Notes under the pieces: model-generated | The model's input: only the letters and a program-made list of their open reading frames with translations | Databases searched by the model: none | What the model was told of the DNA's origin: nothing | NCBI GenBank assembly: GCA_051294905.1 | Contig: CM119381.1 | Coordinates: forward strand, 26,040,001-26,104,000 | DNA length: 64,000 nt | From: Botryllus schlosseri | Lineage: Eukaryota | Reading direction: 5' to 3' | Shown here: piece after piece, positions 38,018-48,853 of the stretch | How the letters are laid out: each line of letters starts with the position of its first letter | Position numbering within the stretch: the first letter of the stretch is position 1 | Position numbers and translations under genes: made by a program

Positions 38018-39856
38018 ATGCCTACTATATGCAGAAAATGTAATCCGCGGCACATGAAATATGAATTGCAATGTGCTCTGCGATCCTGTCAATCGAGGGG
38101 ACTGTTACAGACTGTGAAATGGCTCGCGGAACAATCGCTCTCCTTAAAATGTGAACCAGAGAAACCAGATGGAGATGAAGAGAATCAACGATACGTCGTT
38201 ACTGGTGATGTTGATGCTGAGGAGACACGCTCTAGAAGCGAACTGGATAATTTCGCTGTTGCTAAGTCATACTTCGATCTCGGGGAGTATGATAGAGCAG
38301 CTTTCTTTTTGGCACAAGATACTTCGAATATTGGATACTTTTTACACATGTACTCGAGATATAAATCTGCGCTGAGAAAGAAACAGTTGGGACGCATAGA
38401 CGACCATTCCACTTCAAACAGAGTGCACTCTAAAAACGAAGAGTTGCGCGTGTTGAGAATGGAACTTTCTAAAAAGCATAAAAGCAATAAGTTGGATTCA
38501 TTTGGATTATATCTCTACGGAATTGTGTTGAAAAAGACGTCAGAAGGTTTGGCGCAACAGAGTGAAGCTACTGACATCTTGTGTCAATCCGTTAAAGCAT
38601 ACCCCATGAATTGGAGTGCTTGGTATGAGCTATCTAATGTGATCGCAGATCAAAATATGTTGTCAAATCTACACCTTCCAAAACACTGGATGAGAGACTT
38701 CTTCTATGCAATTACACACGTTGATTTAGTCAATATCGATGACGCATTCCCGATATACAATGATCTCAAACTATCCGGATTTAATGAGAGTATACACATC
38801 AAAACGCAAGAAGCAATAGCTCATCATAACAAGAGAGAATTTGACGAAGCTATCACAATGCTGGAAGAATTGCACCGAGAAGATCCATACCGCATTGAAC
38901 ATATGGATATCTTGTCTAACATGTATTACGTAAAAGACCGTAAAGTTGACCTTGCGCATTTAGCGCATCATTGCTGTGAAGTCGACAAATATCGTGTTGA
39001 GACATGCTGTATCGTTGGAAATTATTACAGCATGCGAGTTATCCATGAAAAAGCAGTTATATACTTTCAAAGAGCTCTCAAGCTCGATCCGAATTATTTA
39101 GGAGCGTGGACTCTGATGGGGCACGAATACACAGAGGTCAGCAACACGTCTGCCGCTATTCAAGCATATCGTAACGCTGTTGATTTGAACAGGCGTGACT
39201 ATAGAGCATGGTATGGACTCGGGCAAACCTACGAGCTGTTGAAGATGCCGTCTTATTCTCTGTATTACTACAAACACGCTCATAGGTTGCGTCCTTTCGA
39301 CTCTCGCATGATTATGGCTTTGGGAGAAACCTACGAAGCGCTGGGTCGCACGGAAGAAGCCAAGATGTGCTACAGGAAGACTGCCGCTGTCGGAGATATA
39401 GAAGGGATGGCTCATGTAAGACTTGCGAAACTGTATAAAGATGAAGATAAAAACGATTGGGCTGCATATTATTACGACAAATATCTCTGGCAACTTGAGG
39501 AACATGGGATTGTCGCCGATACAAAAGCACACACGGTCGCTTACGTGTTTCTTGCGAATTACCACTTGAAGACGACAAAAAATTACGAAGCAGCCACCTA
39601 TTACGCACACAAGTGCCGAGAATTCCCTTCCGTCCGAGAAGAGGGGAGTGCCGTGCTCAAACAGATTTCTCAATTGAGAGCAGTGTCCGGTCATAAACCA
39701 ATCGACACACTGCCGGCTGAGTTAGCACAGCCAACACCGACGCATAATATGATTGCTAGTGTCGCTATGGACACGGATTCACCCGGTGGCGATTTTGCAC
39801 CTATGAAATTGTCGTTTTCACCTGGCCCTGTCGATTCTGATACTAGTAATCTTTAG
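38018..39856 (+). CDS. CDC23: APC/C subunit 8 (CDC23), 612 aa, uninterrupted CDS
   Basis: RGLLQTVKWLAE, AKSYFDLGEYDRAAFFL, DKYRVETCCIVGNYYS, AWTLMGHEY, DYRAWYGLGQTYELL; TPR array. Confidence 0.97.
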   Translation: MPTICRKCNPRHMKYELQCALRSCQSRGLLQTVKWLAEQSLSLKCEPEKPDGDEENQRYVVTGDVDAEETRSRSELDNFAVAKSYFDLGEYDRAAFFLAQDTSNIGYFLHMYSRYKSALRKKQLGRIDDHSTSNRVHSKNEELRVLRMELSKKHKSNKLDSFGLYLYGIVLKKTSEGLAQQSEATDILCQSVKAYPMNWSAWYELSNVIADQNMLSNLHLPKHWMRDFFYAITHVDLVNIDDAFPIYNDLKLSGFNESIHIKTQEAIAHHNKREFDEAITMLEELHREDPYRIEHMDILSNMYYVKDRKVDLAHLAHHCCEVDKYRVETCCIVGNYYSMRVIHEKAVIYFQRALKLDPNYLGAWTLMGHEYTEVSNTSAAIQAYRNAVDLNRRDYRAWYGLGQTYELLKMPSYSLYYYKHAHRLRPFDSRMIMALGETYEALGRTEEAKMCYRKTAAVGDIEGMAHVRLAKLYKDEDKNDWAAYYYDKYLWQLEEHGIVADTKAHTVAYVFLANYHLKTTKNYEAATYYAHKCREFPSVREEGSAVLKQISQLRAVSGHKPIDTLPAELAQPTPTHNMIASVAMDTDSPGGDFAPMKLSFSPGPVDSDTSNL

Positions 39857-40033
39857 CAATACTCCTCATTGAAGTAGCTGACTGCGAATTTATTCATTTG
39901 ATTCATAGACCTTACAGTCTGAAAGTCATTTGACAAGGGTGGGGACAGTTTCTTACCTATTTCAAGTGCTTGTATTAGTAGTATATGAGGTGACATAATT
40001 TCATACAGTATGCCTCAAGTAGTCCATGTAGAG

Positions 40034-40310
40034 CAGTGGTTCTCGAACTTTTCTTGGAGTGCGTATCAACAATTTAACAAAAAACTCGAATTCACTCCAA
40101 ATGTACGTAGAATTATGGACCATCATGTTTCTTCTCTGCAAGCTCATTTAGGTGGGCTGCAACCTAGTCAAATGATGCGTAAAGCATGCAACTGCATTCG
40201 ATGAAGATGTCTCTTAGATTGGAAAAAATAACCTCTGCAATTTGTGAAACTGGCATTTTTCTTGAAAAAGAAATACAGTTACTGTATGCACCACAGGTTG
40301 AGAACCACTG
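40034..40310. mobile_element. CAGTG-type hAT MITE between the convergent CDC23 and MIOS stop codons
   Basis: Ends CAGTGGTTCTCGAAC / GGTTGAGAACCACTG; TSD degenerate (ATGTAGAG / ATTTAGCC). Confidence 0.75.
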
Positions 40311-40359
40311 ATTTAGCCTAATGCAAAGTAGAAGTTGATTATCATGCTGCAGGTGACAA

Positions 40360-42993
40360 TCATGTCAACAAATTCAGTGCCGAGACGCAATTGCGACAGT
40401 CGCATAAGCATCCGGACACAGGGCAGTCGTTGTGTGCTGTAAACCATTCCTTGATGTGTTGCCGATGGCCGCCATGTTGACAAGATGAGCACCAAGTGAA
40501 GGAATTCTCAAGTATGACACCGTCTCGGTACGGGTCGTCTTCGAATTCGCTATCCGCTTGCGACGTGCCTAGTCCCAAACAGCAAATGGAACATCTTGGC
40601 AGAGGTTTGCGGCATTGCGGGCAGCTTATAGGCTTGCTGGCGTTTCCGCTACCCTGAATCTTTATCCCGCGACCTCGAGATACGGAAAATTTCGGATGCA
40701 TTATGCCTTTACCGCAGAAATTGCATAGCACGGATATTCCTTGGTAAGTATACTCGGATCGTTGCGAGGAATTGGGCTTGCCCAAGACTGTGTCGAACCA
40801 CGCTCTCTCTTTCCATAGTTGCCATAAATCCAGCAGTTTTCTGTAACTATTAATTATGAAACCGGCATTTTGATTCCGGGTAATATCAGATGACCCTCCC
40901 TGTATTAATCCAAGGGCGGCAGTTTGGACGTCCTTTGTTCTGTCAATGTACGCTTGCAGGAGTTCAATGCCCAAATCTGTTGTCAGTCCAGTAGCGATAA
41001 TACCGTCCAAGCAACCATTTTTCGCAGCATCATCACTCAATTCATCCATAACTACTGAAAGGCTCTCATCGTCTAAGTACATACAAGCGAACCCAATGCG
41101 GTCCGAGATACTGACCTCTCTCATTTTTAAAATCGATCTGAAATCAACTTTCGGCTCTTTTAAAGCCTTCAAAAATGCGAACGCAGCTCTGAAATACGGG
41201 CTCGGCATGTCTCTTTGGAGGTTGTCACACATTTCTCTCCATAACGGTGTCGTGTCATTAGCTGCATAGCCACTGAAAGCCATCGCGACTACAGCATACT
41301 GATAGGCCATGTCACCGTTACAATTTTTCAGTATACTAATCGCCAATTGCATGTCTAAATGCCACAACGCTAACACAGCGGCTCGTTCCAGATTTTTTAA
41401 TTTAGACAGGGACATCTTGAATTCAGTCGAGTCCTTTCTGATTTGGCATATACTGTACCAATCACACATGTTCAACGCTCTTCTCCTGTGTTCGCTGGAA
41501 TATATGGAGCATGATGAAGATGGAACTCCTATAATTGAAAATGATACACCTGAGCTGCTCGTCTGCTTCAGCTCTTTCTGGAGACCACAAAATCTACTGT
41601 TCAGTACTGTAGTAGAGCTTGCACTCCGTCCCCACGGTGGTCTGCCGCCATGGCTGAGGTTTGGCTTCGTGTCTTTCATGACAGAGATAGGGTAACTTTC
41701 TTTTGCAAGCTTTATCCATTTCCAAAATAGTCGCAAGCTTGTGTTATCTGGTTCTAAATTCACTTTGGAGTTTCCGTGGTCTTTCGAGTGATCGAGACCG
41801 TATCCATTTTTGGATCTCTTGTATATGATCTGTTCGATGTCGAGCAAGTTTGCTGCGTCGGAGGCTTGCTTTTGTTTGCCAAAATACTGGTGAATATGCT
41901 TGCAAGCGGTGACAAGTTCAGATTGATTAGTCCAGTTCAAAGATATTCTTTCAGGTATTTTCATTCTGTGTACAATTCCAGAATCGGTTACAGCTACAAG
42001 TCGATTTTCTGAATAAGGCAGCCATGCAATTGATGCTGTCTTCTCACTTGCGTTTAAAGGCAGTTTAACGATTTGTTCTACATGTCGGTAAACAATATCT
42101 GATTCACTGTCAGTAACTACAGCATGGGACGTATCATACACACGCACAACGTTCCGTTCACCCGACCCACTAGATATAGTAGCTAGGAAACCGTTTCTAG
42201 TGGGACACCAATCTGCTTTAATTACATTGCCCCTTGTCGATATGGTTGCGGCTGGTTTGGAAAAGCTTCTCAGATCCCATACATTAATTTGGTTTTCATA
42301 AAACGAAGCAAACCGACTGTCCAAGCAAGGATCTTGACATAATCCGAACACAGATTTTGTGTTCACAACTTGACTCGCAGTACGAAACGATCTCATGTCA
42401 TACAAACGAAGGAATTTTCCATTAACACCCGCTACCAATGTCCTAGGTTCTCTGTCAGACCACATGATTGAGTTTACGGCTTCCGAAAAGCACGATTCTG
42501 TTTGTCCTCTCAATTTATTATCAATAAGTCCAGTGACGTGTTCTTTCTTTGGTCCTTCTTTGAGCAGATTAGTAACAATTAAGGAGGACTCAGATCGACT
42601 TTTATCAAATCCAAAAGCTAAATACTCTGGCTGCATTTTATTCCAAGCCAGTGCTTTGCAAGACCTCGATGCTTGATACAGGAGAATATGGTTGGAAGTC
42701 AATGATTCCGGGTAACTGGGCCAAAGCATATAAACGCTTCCATTTTCCAATCCCACAGCCAATGAAATAGGATTTGTGGACTTTCCCAAACAGCACCATG
42801 TCATGCAGTTAATATTCCAAGAGTCGACATGCTGAGGTAAATCCGGCAGGGTGGCAGATGTAAGGTTGAAGTCGTTCTTTGTCAGTACCCCGTCATATTC
42901 ATTGGAGGATGGATCCAAATGAAGAAATTTTATGGAATCGTCCACATCCAAGGCCAGAAGACCTTTCCGTGATGGATTAGCTAGAAACTTCAT
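40360..42993 (-). CDS. MIOS: GATOR2 subunit MIOS, ~877 aa, uninterrupted CDS
   Basis: WD40 N-terminus (LAVGLENGSV, INVWDLRSF), SDRIGFACMYL, TKDVQTAAL, LLDLWQLWKERAWFD, C-terminal CPQCRKPLPRCSIC...FTWCSSCQHGGH...WF...CPVSGCLC. First ATG is 42993; the ORF-track start at 43038 is GTG. Confidence 0.95.
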   Translation of the reverse strand: MKFLANPSRKGLLALDVDDSIKFLHLDPSSNEYDGVLTKNDFNLTSATLPDLPQHVDSWNINCMTWCCLGKSTNPISLAVGLENGSVYMLWPSYPESLTSNHILLYQASRSCKALAWNKMQPEYLAFGFDKSRSESSLIVTNLLKEGPKKEHVTGLIDNKLRGQTESCFSEAVNSIMWSDREPRTLVAGVNGKFLRLYDMRSFRTASQVVNTKSVFGLCQDPCLDSRFASFYENQINVWDLRSFSKPAATISTRGNVIKADWCPTRNGFLATISSGSGERNVVRVYDTSHAVVTDSESDIVYRHVEQIVKLPLNASEKTASIAWLPYSENRLVAVTDSGIVHRMKIPERISLNWTNQSELVTACKHIHQYFGKQKQASDAANLLDIEQIIYKRSKNGYGLDHSKDHGNSKVNLEPDNTSLRLFWKWIKLAKESYPISVMKDTKPNLSHGGRPPWGRSASSTTVLNSRFCGLQKELKQTSSSGVSFSIIGVPSSSCSIYSSEHRRRALNMCDWYSICQIRKDSTEFKMSLSKLKNLERAAVLALWHLDMQLAISILKNCNGDMAYQYAVVAMAFSGYAANDTTPLWREMCDNLQRDMPSPYFRAAFAFLKALKEPKVDFRSILKMREVSISDRIGFACMYLDDESLSVVMDELSDDAAKNGCLDGIIATGLTTDLGIELLQAYIDRTKDVQTAALGLIQGGSSDITRNQNAGFIINSYRKLLDLWQLWKERAWFDTVLGKPNSSQRSEYTYQGISVLCNFCGKGIMHPKFSVSRGRGIKIQGSGNASKPISCPQCRKPLPRCSICCLGLGTSQADSEFEDDPYRDGVILENSFTWCSSCQHGGHRQHIKEWFTAHNDCPVSGCLCDCRNCVSALNLLT

Positions 42994-44998
42994 GTGTAAA
43001 TTGCTGCAATGCAATGACAGATGATGTAAAAACCACACAAATTCATTAATATACTTGCAGGTTCACAAATTCATCAGTTGGTTTTACACAAATGCTGATT
43101 CCGTTAGGAATGCTCATGAGGCCTATATTACATGAGCTCTCAATACACTAAATAATCATAGACATAGCCAAGATCATCATTTTGAAGTGAATTCAAATAT
43201 GGGTGGGGGGAATTCTAATAACCTGTCGTTGCCGATTCATTTTGATGCAGTAAAAACATATGACATCACAAAATGCATGTGGAAAATTTGAAGTCCTTTT
43301 TCTACCAGTGGCAACGCAATTAAATAAGATCATAAACAATTTTTATTGCAGTACAATATTACTGAATATAGTATATTCCTATTGAAATGAACCCGAATAA
43401 TATACTATTCCGAGGTAAGAGTTTCATTGACGGAAAGTTGTTTCAACTAAGTCTATTTTTCATTATTTTGCAATTACCAAGTTATTTTGAATCAATGAAA
43501 TATTTGAAAGAATGGCCTTTTAGGCTAGATTCTGCTCAGTACTACATCAAAATGACCCGAAATTGGCATGCAAATCTACTTAATGAACCATATTTAGCAC
43601 TATGAACTAGAAGATGCAAATTTCTTCACATTAAACAATCAAAACCAACCCAGATTGTAAATCTAACAAAAGTATGCAACTCAAAACAGAGATTTGAAAC
43701 TTTGAATCAACTTTCGAGAATTTTACCGCTGCTATCTTTTTGATACTACTGAATATTCTGCAAGGCAGAGCCCCCTTAAAACCATCACCTCGATGTCGGC
43801 TGTTTGCTAGATTCTATTCATCATAATGTCGCTAAAAATTGTACTGTCGAATTTTGTTAAAAAAGACTTCTTAGCTTGGGACAAGTCGAAAGTACCGTAG
43901 CCTATATAGTCCATAAACGTTACATCTCGTCAAATTACATTCTAATTCTAACACTGACATTCTAATGGTGTTTCATTTCTCTAATTATCGAAAAGTCTTC
44001 AAGCTCAACGTTTTTCAATTAACAATAAAATCGGAATACATTCGCCGGTCCACCGATCAGTGGTTGAAACCAATGATGATGATGATGAAAACCACTGGTC
44101 TGTAGTCTACATGAAAAAGTATTTGACATGCCCTCGAGCCTCTACGGGCAAATTGATGGATTATATTTCCCTCGTCAGTTAATTTCACAATACCTCTCAA
44201 TAACACCTGCATCAGGCGATATAATCATCAGGAGTTTGAACCAAAAGCAGAAGCACTGCTGAAGCATTGCCATGTCAGCTAGATTGAAAATTCAGCATCA
44301 CGTCGGCAATGGAAATATTCACCAAAAGGGTGCGCTGTTCGTCTCACATCGAAATCGTAGTTTTGAGTTCGATTCCGACCCGCCAGGTGATGCGAAAGGG
44401 CTTATGGCAAATCGGAATAAATAGTAATCTATGCAAACGTAGCGCCGACTTTCCATGCCTCCTTCACGTGACGACCGTTGATAATGCTTTGCAACGATGC
44501 GATTGTCAAGGTGCCGAGGTGGGTGTATTTGTAGACGCGGTGCTGCTGAAAATATCGACCGGGTCTTGTGACGGTCTGTAGCGAAGATTAGGAGCGCGGA
44601 GAGTCGGAATGATTTCTATAATAGTAATAATGAGCGAGAATCAGTTGTTGCGTAATTGCCGTCACGCTATTTTGGCCCGCATACCATAAGAAATAGGTTG
44701 TTAATGGGCGTTCGTTTCCGCCGTCGCTCAATTCGTGCGGAATGTATCCGTCTGCATTAATCGTTTGCAGTCTTCATGTCATTACCATGCTTATTAGATA
44801 TTGCGGTGCTGTCACAGCCGTCGTTTTCGAGATTCACGGTTTAGACTATCATTAGTGTAGCTTCCGACAGTTTATATTCAGTATGCTTGAAATATCGTTG
44901 CGTAATCACCAAAATGCACTTCGCGCGTAACGTTAGTGTGAGTTATAGCAGTTTGCATGTGAGCAATTATAATCTCCGGATGCTTACAGGTGTGTAAT

Positions 44999-46840
44999 AT
45001 GAGATTGAATATATTTTGCGTCTGTATCCTGTTCTTTCCGCTACAAGGCTGTGTCACTAAGCAAGCCTTGGCTACCGATGAGCCAAGCTACGAGGAAAGT
45101 GCGCGCCAAAGGCTGTTTTCTTACACCACGGATAACAAATTCTCGGAATACTTAGATGAGACGGTTTTCATCCCGATATTTGTGAGGAACAAGGAACATT
45201 CTCTACCTTACTTCTTCAAGGCTATCGAGGATTTGGATTATGACAAAAAACGAATTTACTTATGGATTGTATGTGATCACACGAAAGATGACTCGGCATC
45301 TCAGATAGACGCATGGGTTTCCGGTGTGCGGTCACAATATAAGAGTGTAGAAACGGAAATAGACACTGGAGCATGGCATTATCCTGGACAGAAAAGCGAT
45401 TTGTCTTGGACTACAGAACGTCACTTGAGGATGTTGGAGCTGAGACAGAGAGCATTAATAAAAGCCAGAGAAATGTGGGCCGATTACATTTTTTATGTGG
45501 ATGCTGATAACATTCTTATGAATCCTTCTACGATTCGTCATCTAATTGATAAAAATAAGGTGTTAGTTGCACCGATGCTTTACTCTCCATCGTCATATAC
45601 AAATTTTTGGGGAGGTATGAACAATCAGGGATATTATGTAAGGACCGATGAATATTTTCCAATAAGAAATAATGAGATTAACGGGACCTTTCCTGTTGCT
45701 TTAATTCATTCAACCTACCTTATTGATCTCCGGAAGAGGAAGTCAAGAGAGATTCAATTTCTGCCTCTCCGCAAAGATTACAAATATGATTTGGATGACA
45801 TCATTATTTTTGCAAGCCATTGCAAATCTGTAGGCGTTGAGATGTATGTCGACAATACTGTGTTTTACGGATACATGCCAGTACCTTTGGACGAATCTAA
45901 ATCATTAGAAGATGATTCTGACGCATTCATACATTTGAGAATGGAAGTAATGACAGAACCGCCTGTTGGAGTTGGAATTGAAATGCAGAAGTCTGCTTAC
46001 ATTCAAGAAAAAGTCCTTACCCCGACGAAGTTAGGGTTTGATGAAATATATGTTATCAATCTGAAGAGACGCAAAGATAGGCGTTCGCGCATGAAAAAAG
46101 TCTTGAAAATGCAAGGCATTGATTACACCATTTTTGATGCCGTCGACAGCAAGACTTTGGGTGAAGATTATCTCGCTGAAATGGGCATTAACATGCTTCC
46201 AGGGTTTATAGATCCTTATTCTCAACGTACCCTAACGTGGGGCGAAATCGGATGTTTTATGAGCCACTTTCACATTTGGGACGATGTCATTGAAAAGAAT
46301 TATGCGCATGTCGTTGTTTTGGAGGACGACGTTCGATTCCAACCGTCATTTGTCCGTAAGGTGACTGATTTAATGGGGCGAATAAAGGCCGCCAATTTGA
46401 AATGGGACTTGATATATCTTGGACGGAAAAAATTGAAAAATGTGGATGAGTTCCCTATCACGGAAGTTGAAGGTTTAGTAGAAGCGGGGTATTCCTACTG
46501 GACTATAGGATATTTGCTGTCGAAATCCGGAGCAGAAAAACTGAAAGACGCAGACCCTTTGTCTCGTATGGTGCCTGTTGATGAATATATCCCAATTATG
46601 TTTGACAAACATCCGATAGACGAATATTCTGAAAATTTTGCACGTAGGGATCTAATTGGCCTGTCCGTTGATCCACTGTACATATATCCAACACACTACA
46701 CAAAAGACGTCAATTATTTTAGTGACACCGAGACATCATCTGTGTGGGAGGTGGATGTAAATGTAAATGATGAAAGTGCGGATGACGTAAAAATAACAGA
46801 TGATAAAGTTGCACATCACCGCGCTAAGAATGAATTATAA
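44999..46840 (+). CDS. COLGALT1: Procollagen galactosyltransferase (COLGALT1/2, GT25), 613 aa, uninterrupted CDS
   Basis: Signal peptide; VRNKEHSLPYFF, YVDADNIL, NFWGGM, EIYVINLKRRKDRR, GEIGCFMSH, LEDDVRF, YWTIGY, PVDEYIPIMFDKHP, YPTHY, SDTETS; ER-retention-like C-terminus KNEL. Confidence 0.93.
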   Translation: MRLNIFCVCILFFPLQGCVTKQALATDEPSYEESARQRLFSYTTDNKFSEYLDETVFIPIFVRNKEHSLPYFFKAIEDLDYDKKRIYLWIVCDHTKDDSASQIDAWVSGVRSQYKSVETEIDTGAWHYPGQKSDLSWTTERHLRMLELRQRALIKAREMWADYIFYVDADNILMNPSTIRHLIDKNKVLVAPMLYSPSSYTNFWGGMNNQGYYVRTDEYFPIRNNEINGTFPVALIHSTYLIDLRKRKSREIQFLPLRKDYKYDLDDIIIFASHCKSVGVEMYVDNTVFYGYMPVPLDESKSLEDDSDAFIHLRMEVMTEPPVGVGIEMQKSAYIQEKVLTPTKLGFDEIYVINLKRRKDRRSRMKKVLKMQGIDYTIFDAVDSKTLGEDYLAEMGINMLPGFIDPYSQRTLTWGEIGCFMSHFHIWDDVIEKNYAHVVVLEDDVRFQPSFVRKVTDLMGRIKAANLKWDLIYLGRKKLKNVDEFPITEVEGLVEAGYSYWTIGYLLSKSGAEKLKDADPLSRMVPVDEYIPIMFDKHPIDEYSENFARRDLIGLSVDPLYIYPTHYTKDVNYFSDTETSSVWEVDVNVNDESADDVKITDDKVAHHRAKNEL

Positions 46841-47830
46841 CGCAGATATAAGTATCGTACTTCAAAATTCTCCCAAGCTAATATCGATAGCTCTACGCTG
46901 AATGAAATGATGAACTTTTGAGCTCTTGAGCATTTTGTATAAGGAATTTATAATGACCAATGACCATTTTATATAGCCTAGAACATAATTTTTTTACTTG
47001 ATTATTTTATGCAGTAAAAATAATGATTTGAGATCTTACAACAGTTTAAACTGATTAATGAGATCATACTAAATAATGAGATCATTTATTGTGATATACT
47101 CCACATAGGTACAATGGAGTGAATTCAATCATTATGCATTGAAGGGAGACTGTGACAATTTTTGCTACCAGTTATTACGCATTTACACAGGATGAATGTT
47201 TCCTTTCTATCAATATTTTGCTCGATTTCAACATGTCTACGTATATTTCTACGTTTGTTACAAAATCGACCACAGTTAAACTTGAAAATAGTATGTGCAT
47301 GATACATCGTCTAATCTAAATCTATTGACTTGATGGCCTAGTCAAACATCCTTTATACTACCGTATATTTTATATACTCTGTTCAATCTGTAGCCAGATA
47401 TTGTGAATAGATAATTATTAATCATTTTACAAGAGACTCATGCTAAAGGTAATATCAAAATTTAGCACTATGCTGGTTGTACATAATTGGTTATATCTAC
47501 TCGTGATTCATGTCTTGGTGAAATTGTTGGATCATAATAGCACGCACAGAAGTTGTTACAAAATCATTTATATATAATAAGACGTTTTTTGCAAAGAACA
47601 CTATTGCCTATTCTGCCGATTTTTATAGATGCTCCACTGCCATATTCTTTCCGCTGAAAATTGTCAAAATTATGCCGCACATGTACTGTTCTGTTGCAAT
47701 TCTCAAAGCGACTGAAATGTGACTTAACACTGCAAACTTTTTCAGATTAAGTCTGTCTCAGACTTTTGGCTTGTGTTCTTCATTCTTTTTAAGTGGCCTT
47801 GTGACAAGGCTGAATAATCAAGACCAGGCA

Positions 47831-48853
47831 ATGCCACAATTTACGAAGGAAGACGTTGAAAGCGCTAAAAAGGACAACCGTACCTTGTTGGTGAAGAACC
47901 GACGCGTTTTTGATATATCGAATTTTGTTAATATCCATCCTGGAGGCAAAGAGATAGTGACGAAATGGCATGGAAAGGATGTATCCACGATTATGGAGAA
48001 AGGCACTCATAAACACAGCGAGAACGCTTACAGATGGTTAGAGCAACATTACGTCGGGGATTTAGTGGAAGAGAAAGATGAAAACGCGAGTAAAGAGATC
48101 CCGCAGACACCAGATTTGGTGAATTGGTCAGAGCCTGTTGTATGGCAAGTCGGACATTTAGGGGCTAAATATCACGACTGGGTAGACTCGCCAGTCGACA
48201 GACCCCTGCGTTTGTTCAAGAGTGACTTTGTGGAATACTTTTCCAGCACCAACTGGTATGTGATACCGGTGTTTTGGATACCGGTTATAGTCATGATTTT
48301 GCTGACGACGTACCGCGGTTACAGTGAGATAGTGTTCTTTCAATCCTTACCGTTCATTAGTTTCACGTGCTCCAACGTAGTGATGATTCCTTGCTTTGTT
48401 TTCGGGATATTCGCGTGGACCTTTTTGGAATACGCCCTGCACAGGTGGTTGTTCCACGCCAGCCCACCTGTGTCGTCATACTGGCTAATCACGTTGCACT
48501 TTCTACTGCATGGGCAACACCACAAGGTGCCTTTTGATAAAGGAAGGTTGGTGTTTCCTGTAGTTCCTGCTGTTGTAATGGCTAGTATGCTGTATTCGCT
48601 ATTGGCTGTGTTCTTAGACACACCAGTCAGACACACCGTCCTTGCAGGCATTCTTGCTGGCTACTTGGCTTATGATTTAACCCATTATTATTTGCATTAT
48701 GGGTCCCCATCTAAGGGCGGATATTTCTATAACTTACGGGCATACCACGTGAGACATCACTTTCAGAATCCAGAACTTGGGTTTGGGATATCAAGTAGGC
48801 TCTGGGATTACCCTTTCAACACATTACTCACAAAGGTTAAGAAGTACGAATAG
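47831..48853 (+). CDS. FA2H: Fatty acid 2-hydroxylase, ~340 aa, uninterrupted CDS
   Basis: Cytochrome b5 domain (HPGG, HKHSENAYRWL) plus His boxes HRWLFH, HGQHH, HYYLH, HVRHH; GFGISSRLWD. Confidence 0.96.
   Translation: MPQFTKEDVESAKKDNRTLLVKNRRVFDISNFVNIHPGGKEIVTKWHGKDVSTIMEKGTHKHSENAYRWLEQHYVGDLVEEKDENASKEIPQTPDLVNWSEPVVWQVGHLGAKYHDWVDSPVDRPLRLFKSDFVEYFSSTNWYVIPVFWIPVIVMILLTTYRGYSEIVFFQSLPFISFTCSNVVMIPCFVFGIFAWTFLEYALHRWLFHASPPVSSYWLITLHFLLHGQHHKVPFDKGRLVFPVVPAVVMASMLYSLLAVFLDTPVRHTVLAGILAGYLAYDLTHYYLHYGSPSKGGYFYNLRAYHVRHHFQNPELGFGISSRLWDYPFNTLLTKVKKYE

Noticed and set aside
39098-41695. Antisense ORFs of 98-198 aa inside CDC23 and MIOS
   Set aside because: Expected shadows of long CDSs; no recognisable motifs.
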